From the NCBI GenBank assembly GCA_951406725.2, contig OX597831.1, positions 21,266,001 through 21,330,000 of the forward strand: a stretch of 64,000 nucleotides of DNA, given 5' to 3'. The position numbers and the translations under genes are program-made. Numbering within the stretch: position 1 is the stretch's first letter; every line of letters starts with the position of its first letter. This stretch comes from Octopus vulgaris (taxonomy: Eukaryota). Shown here one piece after another: positions 13,965-27,096 of this stretch. The notes under the pieces were generated by a model that saw only the letters and a list, made by a program, of their open reading frames with translations, searched no databases and was not told the DNA's origin.

Positions 13965-14266
13965 CTCTTTTACATGTTTCAGTCATTTGACTGCAGCCAT
14001 GCTGGAGCACCGCCTTTAGTCGAGCAAATCGATCCCGGGACTTATTCTTTGTAAGCCCAGTACTTATTCTATTGGTCTCTTTTGCCGAACCGCTAGGTGA
14101 CGGGGACGTAAACACACCAGCATTGGTTGTCAAAATAGCGGTTCGGCAAAATAGACCGATAGTATAATTACTAGGCTTACAAAAAATAAGTCCTGCGGTC
14201 GATTTGCTCGAGTAAAGGCGATGCTCGAACGTGGCCGCAGTCAAATGGCTGAAACAAGTAAAAGAG
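13965..14266. mobile_element. Two family A SINE 3' halves in inverted orientation
   Basis: 13965-14095 (-) and 14136-14266 (+) are reverse-complement homologues with a ~40-bp spacer. Confidence 0.85.
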
Positions 14267-15090
14267 TAAACAGTAACATTTGAACAGGCCCATACTCAGT
14301 CGCCATCAAGCAGACATATCTACTGTACGAGCATCTCCACATATATCCCTAAATGACATCACACCATCCAACTTTCTATCTTCAAGCCAATGTCCTCAAA
14401 CTAACAATAATCTAAATTAATACATGAGCCATTGACAACGGGGTACAGCAGCTCATACACACATCTTTAACTTTCGTCATATTAATATCCTCCAGTTTTA
14501 CATTATGCTCCATGTATTATAAACCTTTATTTATATATTTTGACTTTCAATCTCAGCAAATTATTAACGTTAACATTTCTAACTTATCCTCTCCGGCTTA
14601 AATAGTTTTAATTTCTTCCATCAATAACATACTTGATATATGTTATGGAATTCCACTGGGCTATTTCTTTCTGTTATGTTATTAGCTAAGCTAATATAGT
14701 ATATTTACTTTACATTAATATAAACGGGCATGAAACAGCTAATAATTACCTCCCCTATACTTCTTAAATTCAATTATTTCAGCATGGCTGTGGGGTCTAA
14801 TGACATTAATTCGCGTCCATCATTTTCGAGGCAACTAATTCTACATTCTTAAAAATTAGCGCTTCCAACATTAAACTGACCTGGTAGGTTCCGTGAGGAA
14901 ATATATTAGTTCACTTTCGTTAGTTATCAAACCAAAGTAACAAACACACGATTAAGCACACATGTATACATGTATATATACATACATGCATATATACACA
15001 CAGACACCTCAATGTAGTAAACTCACGAATAGGGCAAATCTTAGATTTGATACAAGAATAACGATATTTATATATACATATATACATATG

Positions 15091-15186
<96 letters not shown>

Positions 15187-15218
15187 CATACACACACACA
15201 CACATATATATATATATA

Positions 15219-15373
15219 GGCGCAGGAGTGGCTGTGTGGTAAGTAGCTTGCTTGCCAACCAAATGGGTCCGGATTCAGTCCCACTGCGTGGCACCTTGGG
15301 CAAGTGTCTTCTACTATAGCGAAGGCCGACCAAAGCCTTGTGAGTGGATTTGGTAGACGGAAACGAAGCCCGT

Positions 15374-15376
<3 letters not shown>
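15219..15376 (+). mobile_element. Family A SINE, 5' half
   Basis: GGCGCAGGAGTGGCTGTGTGGTAAG...GACGGAAAC. Confidence 0.9.
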
Positions 15377-15444
<68 letters not shown>

Positions 15445-15534
15445 AAGGAAAGTTTACGAAAATAAACAAAAGACGAAGGTAGGTGGAGTACAAACAAACA
15501 AATGTATTAGTATAGCGCTCAGGAATTGAAAAAG

Positions 15535-15572
15535 TCTTTTACGTTTCGAGCCTACGCTCTTCGACAGAAAGA
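15535..15572 (-). ncRNA. Minimal hammerhead-like motif with CUGUCGA (A6U) core
   Basis: Minus strand reads TCTTT-CTGTCGA-A-GAGC gtag GCTC-GAAAC GTA-AAAGA. It lies in a repeat at about 15445-15615 that is homologous to about 39233-39428. Confidence 0.6.
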
Positions 15573-16079
15573 TACACACAAAAAAACAAGGAGAGAAAAA
15601 ATACGTGTAGGAGCTAGTGTGTGTGTGTGTGTTTGTGTGAGTAGGTATGGAATTATCAAAATACCGTCACAAGTGGAAAGAGAATTATCAGCCGTACAGG
15701 CAAATGAATAAAATACATACGAGAGCTTAAAGAAGAAGAGTAACCAGTCATTATTTTTTTATACTGACATTATTTCAATAAGTCTGCATGCAATACAACA
15801 TATTTAGACACGTCCATGAAACTCAATGTTCACAGATTTGGTTTAACACCTCACCTCGAGTCTTTCATACAAACACACTTTCCAGTACCAACTCATAACA
15901 AATTTACTCACTATGTATCTTCTATGTACATTACATGTTCAGCCTAACAATGTTGTCACACATAATAAATATCTTTTATGGTTAATGAATTCCTCAGATC
16001 ACTTGTACTGACATTATTGCATAAATTAACACCACACTCAGTTCCTTCCTGTTTAAATACTAATATATAAATAAATATA

Positions 16080-16800
16080 TGATTCACTGCTATATAGCAT
16101 ACAGCGAGCAAAAGAGACACCTATAGAACAACTTAGGGCAACACTAGAAAGACGAAACCATCAATGGAAAAGAATACCATTTCTAGTAACACACAACGTG
16201 CATCACCGAAACATTTTAAATACCATGTAAACAAATTTGCCAGTCATGAAAGAAAGTGAAAAATATAAAAATAAATAATAACTAATCAAACACTTAACGG
16301 AAGCAAAAAGCAACGGCATAACCTAACGAAACTATTAACAAAGGCAAAAATCAACATGAACAAACGGGATAAAACATTCATAGTATCCAAATATAATGAT
16401 AAAAGATGTGGAACGTGTCAATAAATGCATACGGATAGATCCATTAGAACAAAAATATAGACCGATTTTTGTAAATGCAGATATGAACTGCAGAAGTAGA
16501 AATTTGATCTTTTGCATTAGATGCCTGAATTGCGAGGAACTATATGTTGGCGAGGCAGGGAATGCATTATCGGAACGGTCACGAGTACACAGACAACAAA
16601 TCTGGAACATTAACGTTCGCCAAATTCCACTGAGCGAACATATAGAAATAGGTGGTCAGAAAGTGTTTCTAATCCTTCCTTTCTACAATCTATATGACCC
16701 AAGTGAGGTTGGAAGATAGATAAAAGATAAAAGTTTTATTAAAATGCTTAAACTTGTTCTGAAAGGAAATATCAACAATATCATAACAGCCAGTTAATGA
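16080..16800 (+). mobile_element. Penelope-like retroelement 3' fragment with GIY-YIG endonuclease
   Basis: ORF 16396..16719: MNCRSRNLIFCIRCLNCEELYVGEAGNALSERSRVHRQQI...LSEHI (GIY/YIG equivalents LIF/YVG, conserved R and H). A degraded linker region lies upstream. Confidence 0.85.
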
Positions 16801-17110
16801 TGTGGATTAAGAATATTTTTCACAAATGAATATAAACAAATTACAGCAGACTCCCGCCAATTCAAATAAAAACGATCGAAACCAACTAAGATTGCTCACT
16901 CATAAAAAATCAATAATCGTAAGCTGCAAGCTTATTGGTTAAAATAAAGGCGGGATCTATGCCGGTAATATCGATACGCCCAGTAAATGCATTCGGATTG
17001 GTCAAAACCATATTTCAGAAGTTCAGCTTGTTGGAGCCTTCTGAGAGGTAAAAAAAAGTCAGTCATTTTACTACAGTTGTCAAGAACTCAACTGTCAGTT
17101 AAATACATTT

Positions 17111-17153
17111 TCAAATCTGATGATTACTACGAACGTATGAAAGCGCTAATTGA
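17111..17153 (+). ncRNA. Minimal type I hammerhead motif downstream of the Penelope-like ORF
   Basis: TCAAAT-CTGATGA-ttacTAC gaac GTAt-GAAA GCGC TA-ATTGA; palindromic stem III (AGCGCT). Confidence 0.65.
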
Positions 17154-18696
17154 ACTTTATGAACATTACAAAATATTTTTTTAATGTTTAACCCTTCATC
17201 ATTGAAGCAAATTATTAAATATCACAATAAAAACGTGAAGACCAGACCATATTTTAACTTTATTCAACTGATATATTATTCTATACGCATTTACACAAAT
17301 TCGGAATATGTGTGTGTGTGTATGTGTGTGTGTGCATACATGCACACACGACATGAAACTGTGCTGTATGGCCTAATGACTAAGAAGTTCGCGCTAGTCT
17401 CTCGATGTTTGTGGTTCGCTTCAGCACCTCAATGTATTATGTGGCGTATATGTCATTCTCCACACCTACTGGTTGACCCACACTTTGCAAATGAAATTGG
17501 GTAGAAGAAAACTATACAAAAGATTCTCGGGTTGATTGTGCTTGCAATTTAATCGACAGACGTTTCGAACCTATTGGATGAAGCTGATTTTACTTGAGGA
17601 TTACGTGAAGTGCGGTTGTTAAATGTTTACCCGCTTAACACACAAACTCATGAGCGGGTAATACAATCGATCAAATAACCGCAAAATAACCGAATCCTCG
17701 TCCAACGTCACTATGTGTATTAAAATAGGAAGTGGAAATTGAACCACTTTTAGAAGTGTTTTAATAAGAAAATCCTTATTATAATTTGCGAATTCATCTT
17801 CGAGAACTATCGTAAGTTAGCAGGGGTTGATTGTTCCTCTCACCTCCATTTTACCTATATCAGATCACTTATCTAACGTAATATTAAAAACATCGATGAT
17901 ATCTCTACAACGCACCATACAGCCTATTTAGCAACACCTGTTTGGTTAGGTTTTAAAATTTAATACTATCACTTTAACTCTCTCATTTCAACCCGTTGTT
18001 TCATAAGACTTATTATAATTACAAACATTCCTGTAATTATTGCCACCTACCCGACTATTTTACTTGTGTACGAAACCTGCATTCGTAATGTAGATAACTA
18101 TTTAGATTCTCCTCTAACTTCTGTATTTCTCAATGAGATTCCCATGTCTCTAATCGTTCGACCTTTTGAGATGTCTACCACATACATATATAGTTATAAT
18201 TTGTAACCGCTTATTCCAGTTTATTCTAGTTTACTATGAAGTAAAACCTTCTAAGCCTAATTAGTAATTTTGAGTATTCCTACCATAGACTTATAATTAA
18301 CTTCCACACTTACAAATATTTTCTCCACATCCCGACAAGAGAATCCTACGTTTTTTTTCTTCAGTTTCTATTTAAATTTTCTCTTCCTCGGATAAAAGGA
18401 ACTCCCTAGCATAATGTAACCAGTACAATTTAACTTGTTCTACTCCGTACTCTTTCATCTTAGATATTTGAGACAATAGTTAAACATTTTAAGCAAATAA
18501 ATTTTCATTATTACTAGCTGAAGCTCTGGTACTTCAGAATGCTATTCTGTATATCATACCTAACGGAGATATACTGTTGAAAGTCTGAAAAACTCGGTAT
18601 TCCTCGTGAGAAAGCTCCGCAGTGAAGCGCAGTTTTAAAAACGCAGAAGTCAATCCCTTCATTACGTTCTTGTTATGATACATTGTTTATTACTTA

Positions 18697-19220
18697 CTAG
18701 CAGTATCGCTCGGCGTTGCTCGGGTTTGTAAGGGAAATAACTATATAAGCATTTTTAGAGAGTTACTTCCCTTATAGATGCCAATTCGGGCTTTCTTAGC
18801 CATTTCTGTTTTGGTGTCTTCAAGCCATGAAGTCGTTGTTCTAAAAGAACGCTGGTCTCCTTGACAACGCTTTACGACGCTGATTTCCTTACACTCCCTT
18901 CCCCACAGCTTCACGAGGGAGGGAATAAGGGGGAGAAGCAAACAGGTGCAGGTGTGACCATGAACGCCAACTCCGCCGCCATCGACACACGAAAAAATAT
19001 GCATTAAAATAGAATAAAAAATGATGTTAAATTATTTTTAAAATCGTAGACTCATCGTAGACTCATCGTAGACGCGCGCTAATACGCAGACGGGCTCGAT
19101 ATGAATCACGACTATAAGATACCCGAATTTGGTTAAACTGCACCGCAAAATGTGGGAGTAGTTAGGAATCTAAATCGAAGGGGACAGACACTCACACAAC
19201 TACAGTTTTATATATATAGA
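18697..19220 (-). mobile_element. Non-autonomous Helitron
   Basis: Minus strand begins A|TCTATATATATAAAA and ends CCGAGCAACGCCGAGCGATACTGCTAG|T: TC...CTAG termini, subterminal hairpin, inserted at A|T with no TSD. Confidence 0.85.
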
Positions 19221-19599
19221 TAAAGGAAGGAATTTGTTATACACTTAAACTCAATTTTTCCATTCAAAATCACGCTCACTTATCAATTAAAACAATTATA
19301 TTATTATCGGGCATTAACTAATTAATAAAAATAATTATTGGCATTACATTTATAATGTTTTAAGTAATTTTGCGACTCGTAGTCAACTCGAAAACGGAGC
19401 GAAATCTATACCTCATATCTAACATGCTCGAGCTCACTCGAACGTAGGAAGACTTGCCGCTATGGAAAGAGTCCCAGAAGAAAATAAACCTCCCAGACTA
19501 GGTGTTGGACTCTGAATAACGTCATTGGATCCCATGACACATGTTTCTGCGTTCTTTCGAGTCGTTAGCTACGGAGGGCAAGTCTTACTTTCCTAGTAA

Positions 19600-19990
19600 T
19601 CTATATATATAAAGCTGAAGTTGTCCGTGTATGGCAGGTTTGGTAGCCTTCAACTAACACTATCTCCTCCGAGACCCTGCGGCGCAAATTGACAAAAATT
19701 GAGAGTATGATAGAAGAAGGCTTGTTCTTCCTTCCGTGGATGAAAAAAATTCAAATCGGACCATGTTAGCACCAAAAATTATTTTCATCAAAAAGGTGCT
19801 TTTTTTCTATGAAAATCCCTATTTTTTACGATTTTTTGACTGCTGTGTCGCCATTTTTCTGTGTATTTTAACCAGAAAAATGTTCACTTAAAGACAATAA
19901 GAAGCTACATAATGCAAAATTTTTACTTTGCAAAAATTCCATTTCTAAAGGGTCGCAAGAAACCCGAGCAACGCCGGGTAATACTACTAG
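19600..19990 (+). mobile_element. Non-autonomous Helitron
   Basis: A|TCTATATATATAAAG ... CCCGAGCAACGCCGGGTAATACTACTAG|T. Confidence 0.85.
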
Positions 19991-20111
19991 TTGATTCTTA
20001 AAATTAGAACACCATACAGTTTATTTGTGCGTTAAATATGATTTCACACGAATATATATTTTTATTCAATGTGGCTTTGTACGATTATGCTTTTACTGAT
20101 ATATACACACA

Positions 20112-20568
20112 GGCGCAGGCATGACTGTATTGTACGAAGCTTGCTTCCGTACCACATGGTTCCGGGTTGAGTCCCACTGCGTGGCACTTTGTGAAGGTGT
20201 CTTCTACTATATCCTCGGGCCGACCAAAGCCTTGTGAGTGGATTTGGTAGAAAAACTGAAAGAATTCCGTGGTACACACACACACACACATGCACACGCA
20301 CACACACACACACACAAATACACACACACATATATATCTACGTATGTGTCTTTGTATCTGTCTCCCCCATAACCGCTTGAAAACAGGTGTAGGAGTGTTT
20401 ACGTTCTCGTAAACTAGCGGTTCGGCAAAAGAGACCGATAAAAGAGACCGATGAATTAAGTCCTAGGCTTCGCATACAGAAGTCCTGGAATCCATTTCTT
20501 CAATTGAATCCCTTCAAGGTGACGCTCCAGAATGGCCGCAGTCAAATGACCGAAAGAAGTAAAAGAAT
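20112..20568 (+). mobile_element. Family A SINE
   Basis: Homology to 1472-1882. Confidence 0.85.
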
Positions 20569-20672
20569 ACGCCCCCCCCCCACATATATATATACAGGTG
20601 TTTATTTGTATATACATGTATGTGCGTATGTGTGCGAGAGTGTATGTATATGTATGTATGTATATATGTGTG

Positions 20673-20705
<33 letters not shown>

Positions 20706-20947
20706 ATATCCATACATAGTCTTGTACACAGGTATTTGTCACGCACAGGTATGTTTCCTTTACAGATCGAGGTGTCGTTAACATCGACTGGAAGTGTGGC
20801 CAGCCTTTGATACATGACCGTTATGACCTCTTACATTCAGAAGGTAATTCTTTTGGTATCGAAGAACAGGGGAAAACTAGAAATCTAGATGACGATGATC
20901 ATGTGGATAATGACGATAATAATAATAATAACGATAACAATAATAAA

Positions 20948-21480
20948 TTGTTGTCCAGTCTTTAATCTCTCGGGATGTCGATTAGGTCAGTTTTCTGTGG
21001 AGATATTGACCATTTAATCAGTATCTACCAAACAATGTCATTAATAATAATGCATTTCAATACATTAGGTTTCTGCTACGGAAATATACACTGGCACCTA
21101 GAAATATAAACATTGGGTAAAATATTTATGTACATAAATACATACATACGTTTTAACACGTGACAGTATTGGTGGAGCAGTGACATCCAAACTTCCATCA
21201 AATGCAGAAATAACACGTGTGGCAAGGTTATTAATGATTCAAATAGAAACAGATGCATATTGATATAAATACAAGATGCTTTGTATACAAGAGCATTTCT
21301 TTCCAAATCTGAGAGAAAGCAAAGATTTAAACAAAATACATCTTCTCTCTCCAGATTATAAATTCACAATTCTGTCTACAATTATTGGTTTACTTCTATA
21401 TGGTAGCAAATCTCTAAATGACTATCAAGAGGAGGTAAAAATTTCCAGACATATATAGTAGTGATCTAACACGCAGTTTG
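20948..21480 (+). mobile_element. Degraded R4/Dong-like LINE, restriction-like endonuclease 3' fragment
   Basis: Peptides YWWSSDIQTSIKCRNN and HLLSPDYKFTILSTIIGLLLY; follows a (TAA)n run. Confidence 0.5.
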
Positions 21481-21861
21481 AAAATGCAATGTGTAAATTA
21501 GACACTAAGGATATCTATAAACTTTATATGACACAGACTTTAACTTTCCAAATCTTTAAAGTTGCCATTGGTATCCAAGTCAGGAAAATGGCGTTTTGTT
21601 TATTAAAAACGAGTTGTCGCCTTACCGAAAGAATGCAGATTACTAAGAAATGAGAAATACATAAACACATATCATCGCACACATATCTGCATTCATTAGC
21701 ACGTACCTACATGTACGCACACATACACACAGACACACACACACACATACACTAGATCTCTCTCAGCATATCAGTAAACCACAAAATCGCACGAGCCAGC
21801 ATCGCCACTACCTCCAAGCCGGTCATATGTATGTATGTATGAATGTATGCATGTATGTATG

Positions 21862-21895
<34 letters not shown>

Positions 21896-22599
21896 TGTAT
21901 GTATGTATGTATGTATGTTTGTTTGTATGTGTGTGTGTTTGTGTCTGTGTTTGTCCCACCGCCACCACCATTGCTTAAAAACCGATGTTGGTGCGTTTAC
22001 GTCCCTGTAAATTAGCTGTTCAGCAGAAGAGACTGATAGAGTAAAAGAATAAAAGAACACCAGAAAAACGTTCCGTACCACTAAACCAAGAAAGTTCTTT
22101 CAATATGCACGATATATTTTATGATTAAATAGTAATTCCGTTTGTGTAACATATATTTTCGTTGGATTATATAGCCATTGGTGTTACATTACTTTCTACA
22201 TTCTGAAATTTTTGTGGGGAGAGGGCCAGTTGATTAGATCTTTCCAGTACACAACTGGTGCTTAATTTATCGACTACAAAATGACGAAAGGTAAAGTCAA
22301 CCACGGCAGAATTTGAACTCAGAACATAAAGACAGACGATCATAATATGCAGACGACATTTCTCATAGCATCACTACACTGTTGACAGATGCTAATATTT
22401 TTTAATGTTTTCCGTGAATTTTTCACGGGTCCAGTTAGTATTGATAATTTTTGTAAACATCTCGTCATTCATTTTGAGGAATTCGGAATGTTATCTCATT
22501 GGTTTACATGGATATAGATGTACAGAGATTACAAATTACTTCGCGGAGATGAATTGATGCTGTGTGCCAGGAATAGACACGATGTAAAATAGAACTGTG

Positions 22600-23900
22600 T
22601 CTTTTGTGCAAAATTCTAAAAGGTTATTGATTTGGAGTTTAGTCAAAGTAAATGTCTTTAAATGGCTGTAGAATGACTTGACACTTTATCCTGTAACTGG
22701 TGAGGAATGTTTCAGATATCTAGGGATTAACGAAAACACTTTTTAGCACCTGTAGCAAAGATCGCGACACTAAGAAATATAAAGGGTCGGATATTTAAAA
22801 AAATAGGAGTTTTAGAACTTAATGTATACAATAAAACAGTGAACTATAACATGTTTGTTGAGCCACTACACACACTAACATTTGTGCTATTTGATTGGAT
22901 GTTTGATGAGATCATTTGTGTGAGCCATTAATGCGAAAACCCGAAAGATACTGGCCTGGAGAGATAATAATACGGATGCAAGGTAACAGGTTTATTATCG
23001 ATTGAGAAAGCTTTTGAATGTTACATCTTATCTCTTCTGTAACATCTTTTAACTAATAAGAGACTAATAAGTGTATCCATTGATCAAGTCAGCATACACT
23101 AGGTCGATAACATCATGAAACTCTTCAAGAAATATTCCGTCTCATAAACAAGTATACATGATCCAAGAAGTTGCACAACATATCATCAGATTAAAGAATT
23201 ACTCAATAGCGGCAGAAAGCTCCAGAATGATTGATAATCAAAGCACGCTATCATGGTACAGCAGTATTACTAACTCTCAGTGTGTAGGGTATCCATTTGC
23301 AATCCAGGAACATGAAATTACGAACAATTTGCTGGTGCGCATAAAAAAGAGAGAACGAGTCGGCACAGGGAAAACATCACAATGTGATAACCGATGCAGA
23401 GTTTGTCGATTAGCACCGAAGCTGTCGCCCACATCATGAGCAGTTGTCTGAAAATACCATTACGCTATCACCTGCTGGTGAGACAATATGTTGTGTCCAA
23501 GATAATGTACAATGGGATTTGTCGGAAGGTTAACCTGAGATAAGAAGCCACAGTATATTAGAGAACATAACCACTAATAATATGTAAAAGTATTGACGGA
23601 ATATCCCTGTGAAATCTTCAATATAATGCAAATATTGTAGACCAAAAACAGTAATTTGTGATAGAGTAAAACTGCACAATAGTGGAACTCAGTTGCTTCA
23701 TGGATGTCAAAGAATTTTGAGATCGGTGAAAAGGACATCACGCTGAACTATTGAGAAATTTTCTTTTTCTACACTCGGATTAAACATTCACGTTTAAACC
23801 CTTAAATATTGAGGCACTAGGACATGTAAACAACTGCCTCAGCGTCCATCTTGAGAAATTAGGGTTCTGAAAACCAGAAATGTATATTTCAATGGAATTG
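22600..23900 (+). mobile_element. Degraded R4/Dong-like LINE (RT C-terminus, zinc knuckle, endonuclease)
   Basis: FRYLGINEN, AIQEHEIT...CDNRCRVCRL...HIMSSC, VELSC and IEALGHV remnants, with many stops. Confidence 0.7.
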
Positions 23901-24184
23901 TCGAAATAGGTAAAACGTGCCAAAAGTGTAGCATATGCATACATATACAGAAGTCTAGACATGCAACTATATGTATGAGTATAGAGAGATAACACAGAAC
24001 ATAGAGATCTGCTCATGCACTTACAAATCAATACACTTACTCCCACAACTACTTTGTTGATGTTAAAATTACAATGAAGGAACCTTTCACCTTGTTTACA
24101 GAACGATTCTTACCCCATTGGCAAGAAATCTGTGAATAAAATTAAACAACATGAATATATACATAAAAAGTCTATACATATATA

Positions 24185-24560
24185 AGCGCTGGAGTGGGTG
24201 TGTGGTAAGTTGCTTGCTTACCAACCACATTGTTCTGGATTCAGTATCATTGCATGGCACTTTGGGCTAGTGTCTTCCACTATAGCCTCGAGACGACCAA
24301 AGTCTTGTGAGTGGATTTGTTAGATGGAAACTGAAAGAAGCCTGTGTCTGTATTTTTCTGTGTCTGTATTTGTCCCCGTAACATCGCTTGAAAAACGATG
24401 CTGGTGTGTTTACGTCCCCGTAACTTAGCGGTTCGGCAAAAGTGACAAATAGAACTGGGCGTACAAAGAATAAGTCTTGGGTTCGACTGGTTCAACAAAG
24501 AGGCGATGCTCCAGCATGGCCACAGTCAAATGCCTGAAACAAGTAAAAGAATAAAAGAAT
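24185..24560 (+). mobile_element. Family A SINE
   Basis: Homology to 1472-1882. Confidence 0.85.
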
Positions 24561-24587
24561 ATATACATTTCAACTCACGCACGCACG

Positions 24588-24619
<32 letters not shown>

Positions 24620-24904
24620 GATCATATTGGATCGCATCACTACTGACTTTTGTGGACGAACTTGTCTCCTTTGCTCTGTTTAATCTCCGCCATGCCGCTA
24701 TAATCTAATTTAAGTGTCTAGGCGCCATCACTAATGTTTAACAGGTCATGAAATCGTCAGGAATCGATGTATCAAAGTATTTTATTGGTAATTGATTACA
24801 TTAACACTCCTCATTAATACATCTAAAGTTCGATGGAATGACCCAGAGAGAGAATGTTGTACCAAAATGTATTCTTTATTGCAAGTATATAGCAACAACA
24901 AACC

Positions 24905-25248
24905 ACTTTGTATGTTCAAATAAGCCTAGTACATACACATCTCACTCTGATATTTCCCCCAAAGGATGACTTTAACTATCGCAGTTCGTTTAATGTATGA
25001 ACCATTCTAAACACTGTCAATGATTAACACAACGACTGTTAATTTTCCATTCTCCGATGACCAGCACCACAGCCAGTACTTTGTATGTTCAAATAAGCCT
25101 AGTACATACACATCTCACTCTGATATTTCCCCCAAAGGATGACTAACTTTCGCAGTTCGTTTAATGTAGGAACCATTCTAAATACTGTGAATGATTAACA
25201 CAACGGCTGTTAATTTTCCATTCTCCGATTACCAGCACCACAGCCAGT
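24905..25248. repeat. Tandem duplication, two ~172-bp units
   Basis: 24905-25077 matches 25078-25248 apart from about six substitutions and a 2-bp indel. Confidence 0.95.
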
Positions 25249-25424
25249 ACTAACACTTCTACTATCACCGTAAACGTGCCGCCGCTAGCACCACCGACGA
25301 CAACGCTACTAAACCATGACCGTTCATGTTATGGAACATAAGAAGCTATCAGATGTCAGATCACTTCAACGTATCATTACTTTAATTGTTACAGTACATG
25401 AACAGTTTTAATTGTTTCGTTTCA

Positions 25425-25670
25425 GACATTAGGGTCTACGAAGGATGCCTTCTCCCATCAATCCTGTATGTTTTACCTCTTATTCCATAGGTGCACATGT
25501 TAGAAGCTTGGTGGTGGTGGTGGTGGTGGTGGGGCTTCTCACTTGGACTAGTGCATGGGAATGCCGAGTCCGCATATGCAGATGATGCTATTCGGTTCCC
25601 GACTGAAGGCATGCCAGACAAATCAATGGATTTGGAATTTGAGGGCCAGGAATGCAGTTGAACAGGTCGA
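25425..25670 (+). mobile_element. Degraded L1/Tx1-like reverse transcriptase fragment
   Basis: IRVYEGCLLPSILYVL (compare SVRQGCPLSPLLYVL) followed by SAYADDA, the catalytic YADD motif. Confidence 0.65.
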
Positions 25671-26424
25671 ACAATGACTGTTGGTATTACACCGAATATT
25701 AGATTTTATGAACGATTAGTGGTGTGTAATGATTATCATTATATTTGCAAGAGTCTTGGCTCTGATTGAGGTATAAGAACAGGCTATTCTGGAGGATATT
25801 CAGTACAGGGACCATGAAGTGTATCTTTTCAAAACCTCTGGACTGATATGTTAACATAAGGGAATTTTTGGTTTGAAATATAATTTATAGTCTCAAAAAT
25901 GCCATAAACTCGAACTGTAAGAGATGTATACATAACAGCAAGTCTGTTCTATATATCAATTTCCGATCATTGCTAAATTCTAGAGATCAGTTGTGGTAGC
26001 ATGTAGAAAAATTCGGGTATCAGCCGAGTTCATTTTGAGTATCAACCTGACTACTCTCTTTCCATTGTAAAAACTAGAGTGTTTTCGTTTGTGGAAACAT
26101 TTTTGATCAAACACAACGTATTACGATCCAAGTGCAGAGGGAATGAATCCAGTAAATTTGCAAACCTGGCTCGTGAAAAAGATGTAGGGATAACCCGGAG
26201 TTCGAATTTTAGGAAAGGGCACGTCATAGTCATATTCGGTGTGAGGATTGCTTGATTCTGTGTGATGGCTCTTCTAATGTGACGTGATATTGAAGTTCTT
26301 TTATCTATTCCTGCTTTAACATAGTTGTTCTTTATTTTTTCCATTATCGATTTGACGTAACACGCCACACCGTTTTTAAAATACTTGAATCGTCCTTTCA
26401 ACTCTCTTTTTGTTAGTAACTAAA

Positions 26425-26510
26425 TAAAATCATGATCATGATTTTCATCATCACCTTTATTATTATTACTATTATTATTATCATTATTATTATTATTACT
26501 ATTATTATTA

Positions 26511-26574
<64 letters not shown>

Positions 26575-26625
26575 CATTATTATTATTATTATCATCATCA
26601 TCATCATCATCATTGTTATTATTAT
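26425..26625. repeat. (ATT)n/(ATC)n microsatellite, tail of the family F element
   Basis: Directly visible. Confidence 0.95.
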
Positions 26626-27096
26626 TGACTGAGAGAGCAGTGGAACCATCAAAATGACACTGGGGTAAAATATACGAAGCCCAGTATACCCATCATGACT
26701 ACCAGTCTGATAAGGGTACACCAGGCACATGCATCACAACCATATGTGCGCGACATGGTGATTTCATATCAAGATAAACAGCCCATGACCTTGCAGGTGG
26801 GGCTCAGTTAAAACTTTTTTCTGGTCGAGTAACCCATCCTGCACAAAAGTTCCCTGAATAAGGGTTGTTTGAGGATGCTGAACGAAACACCCATGTTTCC
26901 ACAGGTGAATTATTCAAACTCCAAAGAATCCCTCTCAACACATGACTATGATGCTCCCCCACTACTTCTGCTCGTGATCAGAGATGCACATATCCTCAGC
27001 CACCAAGGGACATGCTTAACTGGTTAGAGTCAAACAACTGACAAGCACATCTGTGGTATTGAGCAGAATATTTGTTGTAGCCCATCTTTTATACCA
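26625..27096 (-). mobile_element. Interspersed retroposon, family F
   Basis: Reverse-complement homology to 8187-8498; (TAA)n tail. Confidence 0.8.

Noticed and set aside
25490-25775. Possible host exon (AG...GT bounded, with a poly-Trp/Val run)
   Set aside because: Better explained as a decayed RT fragment (QG-like and YADD motifs) with a (TGG)n insertion and in-frame stops.
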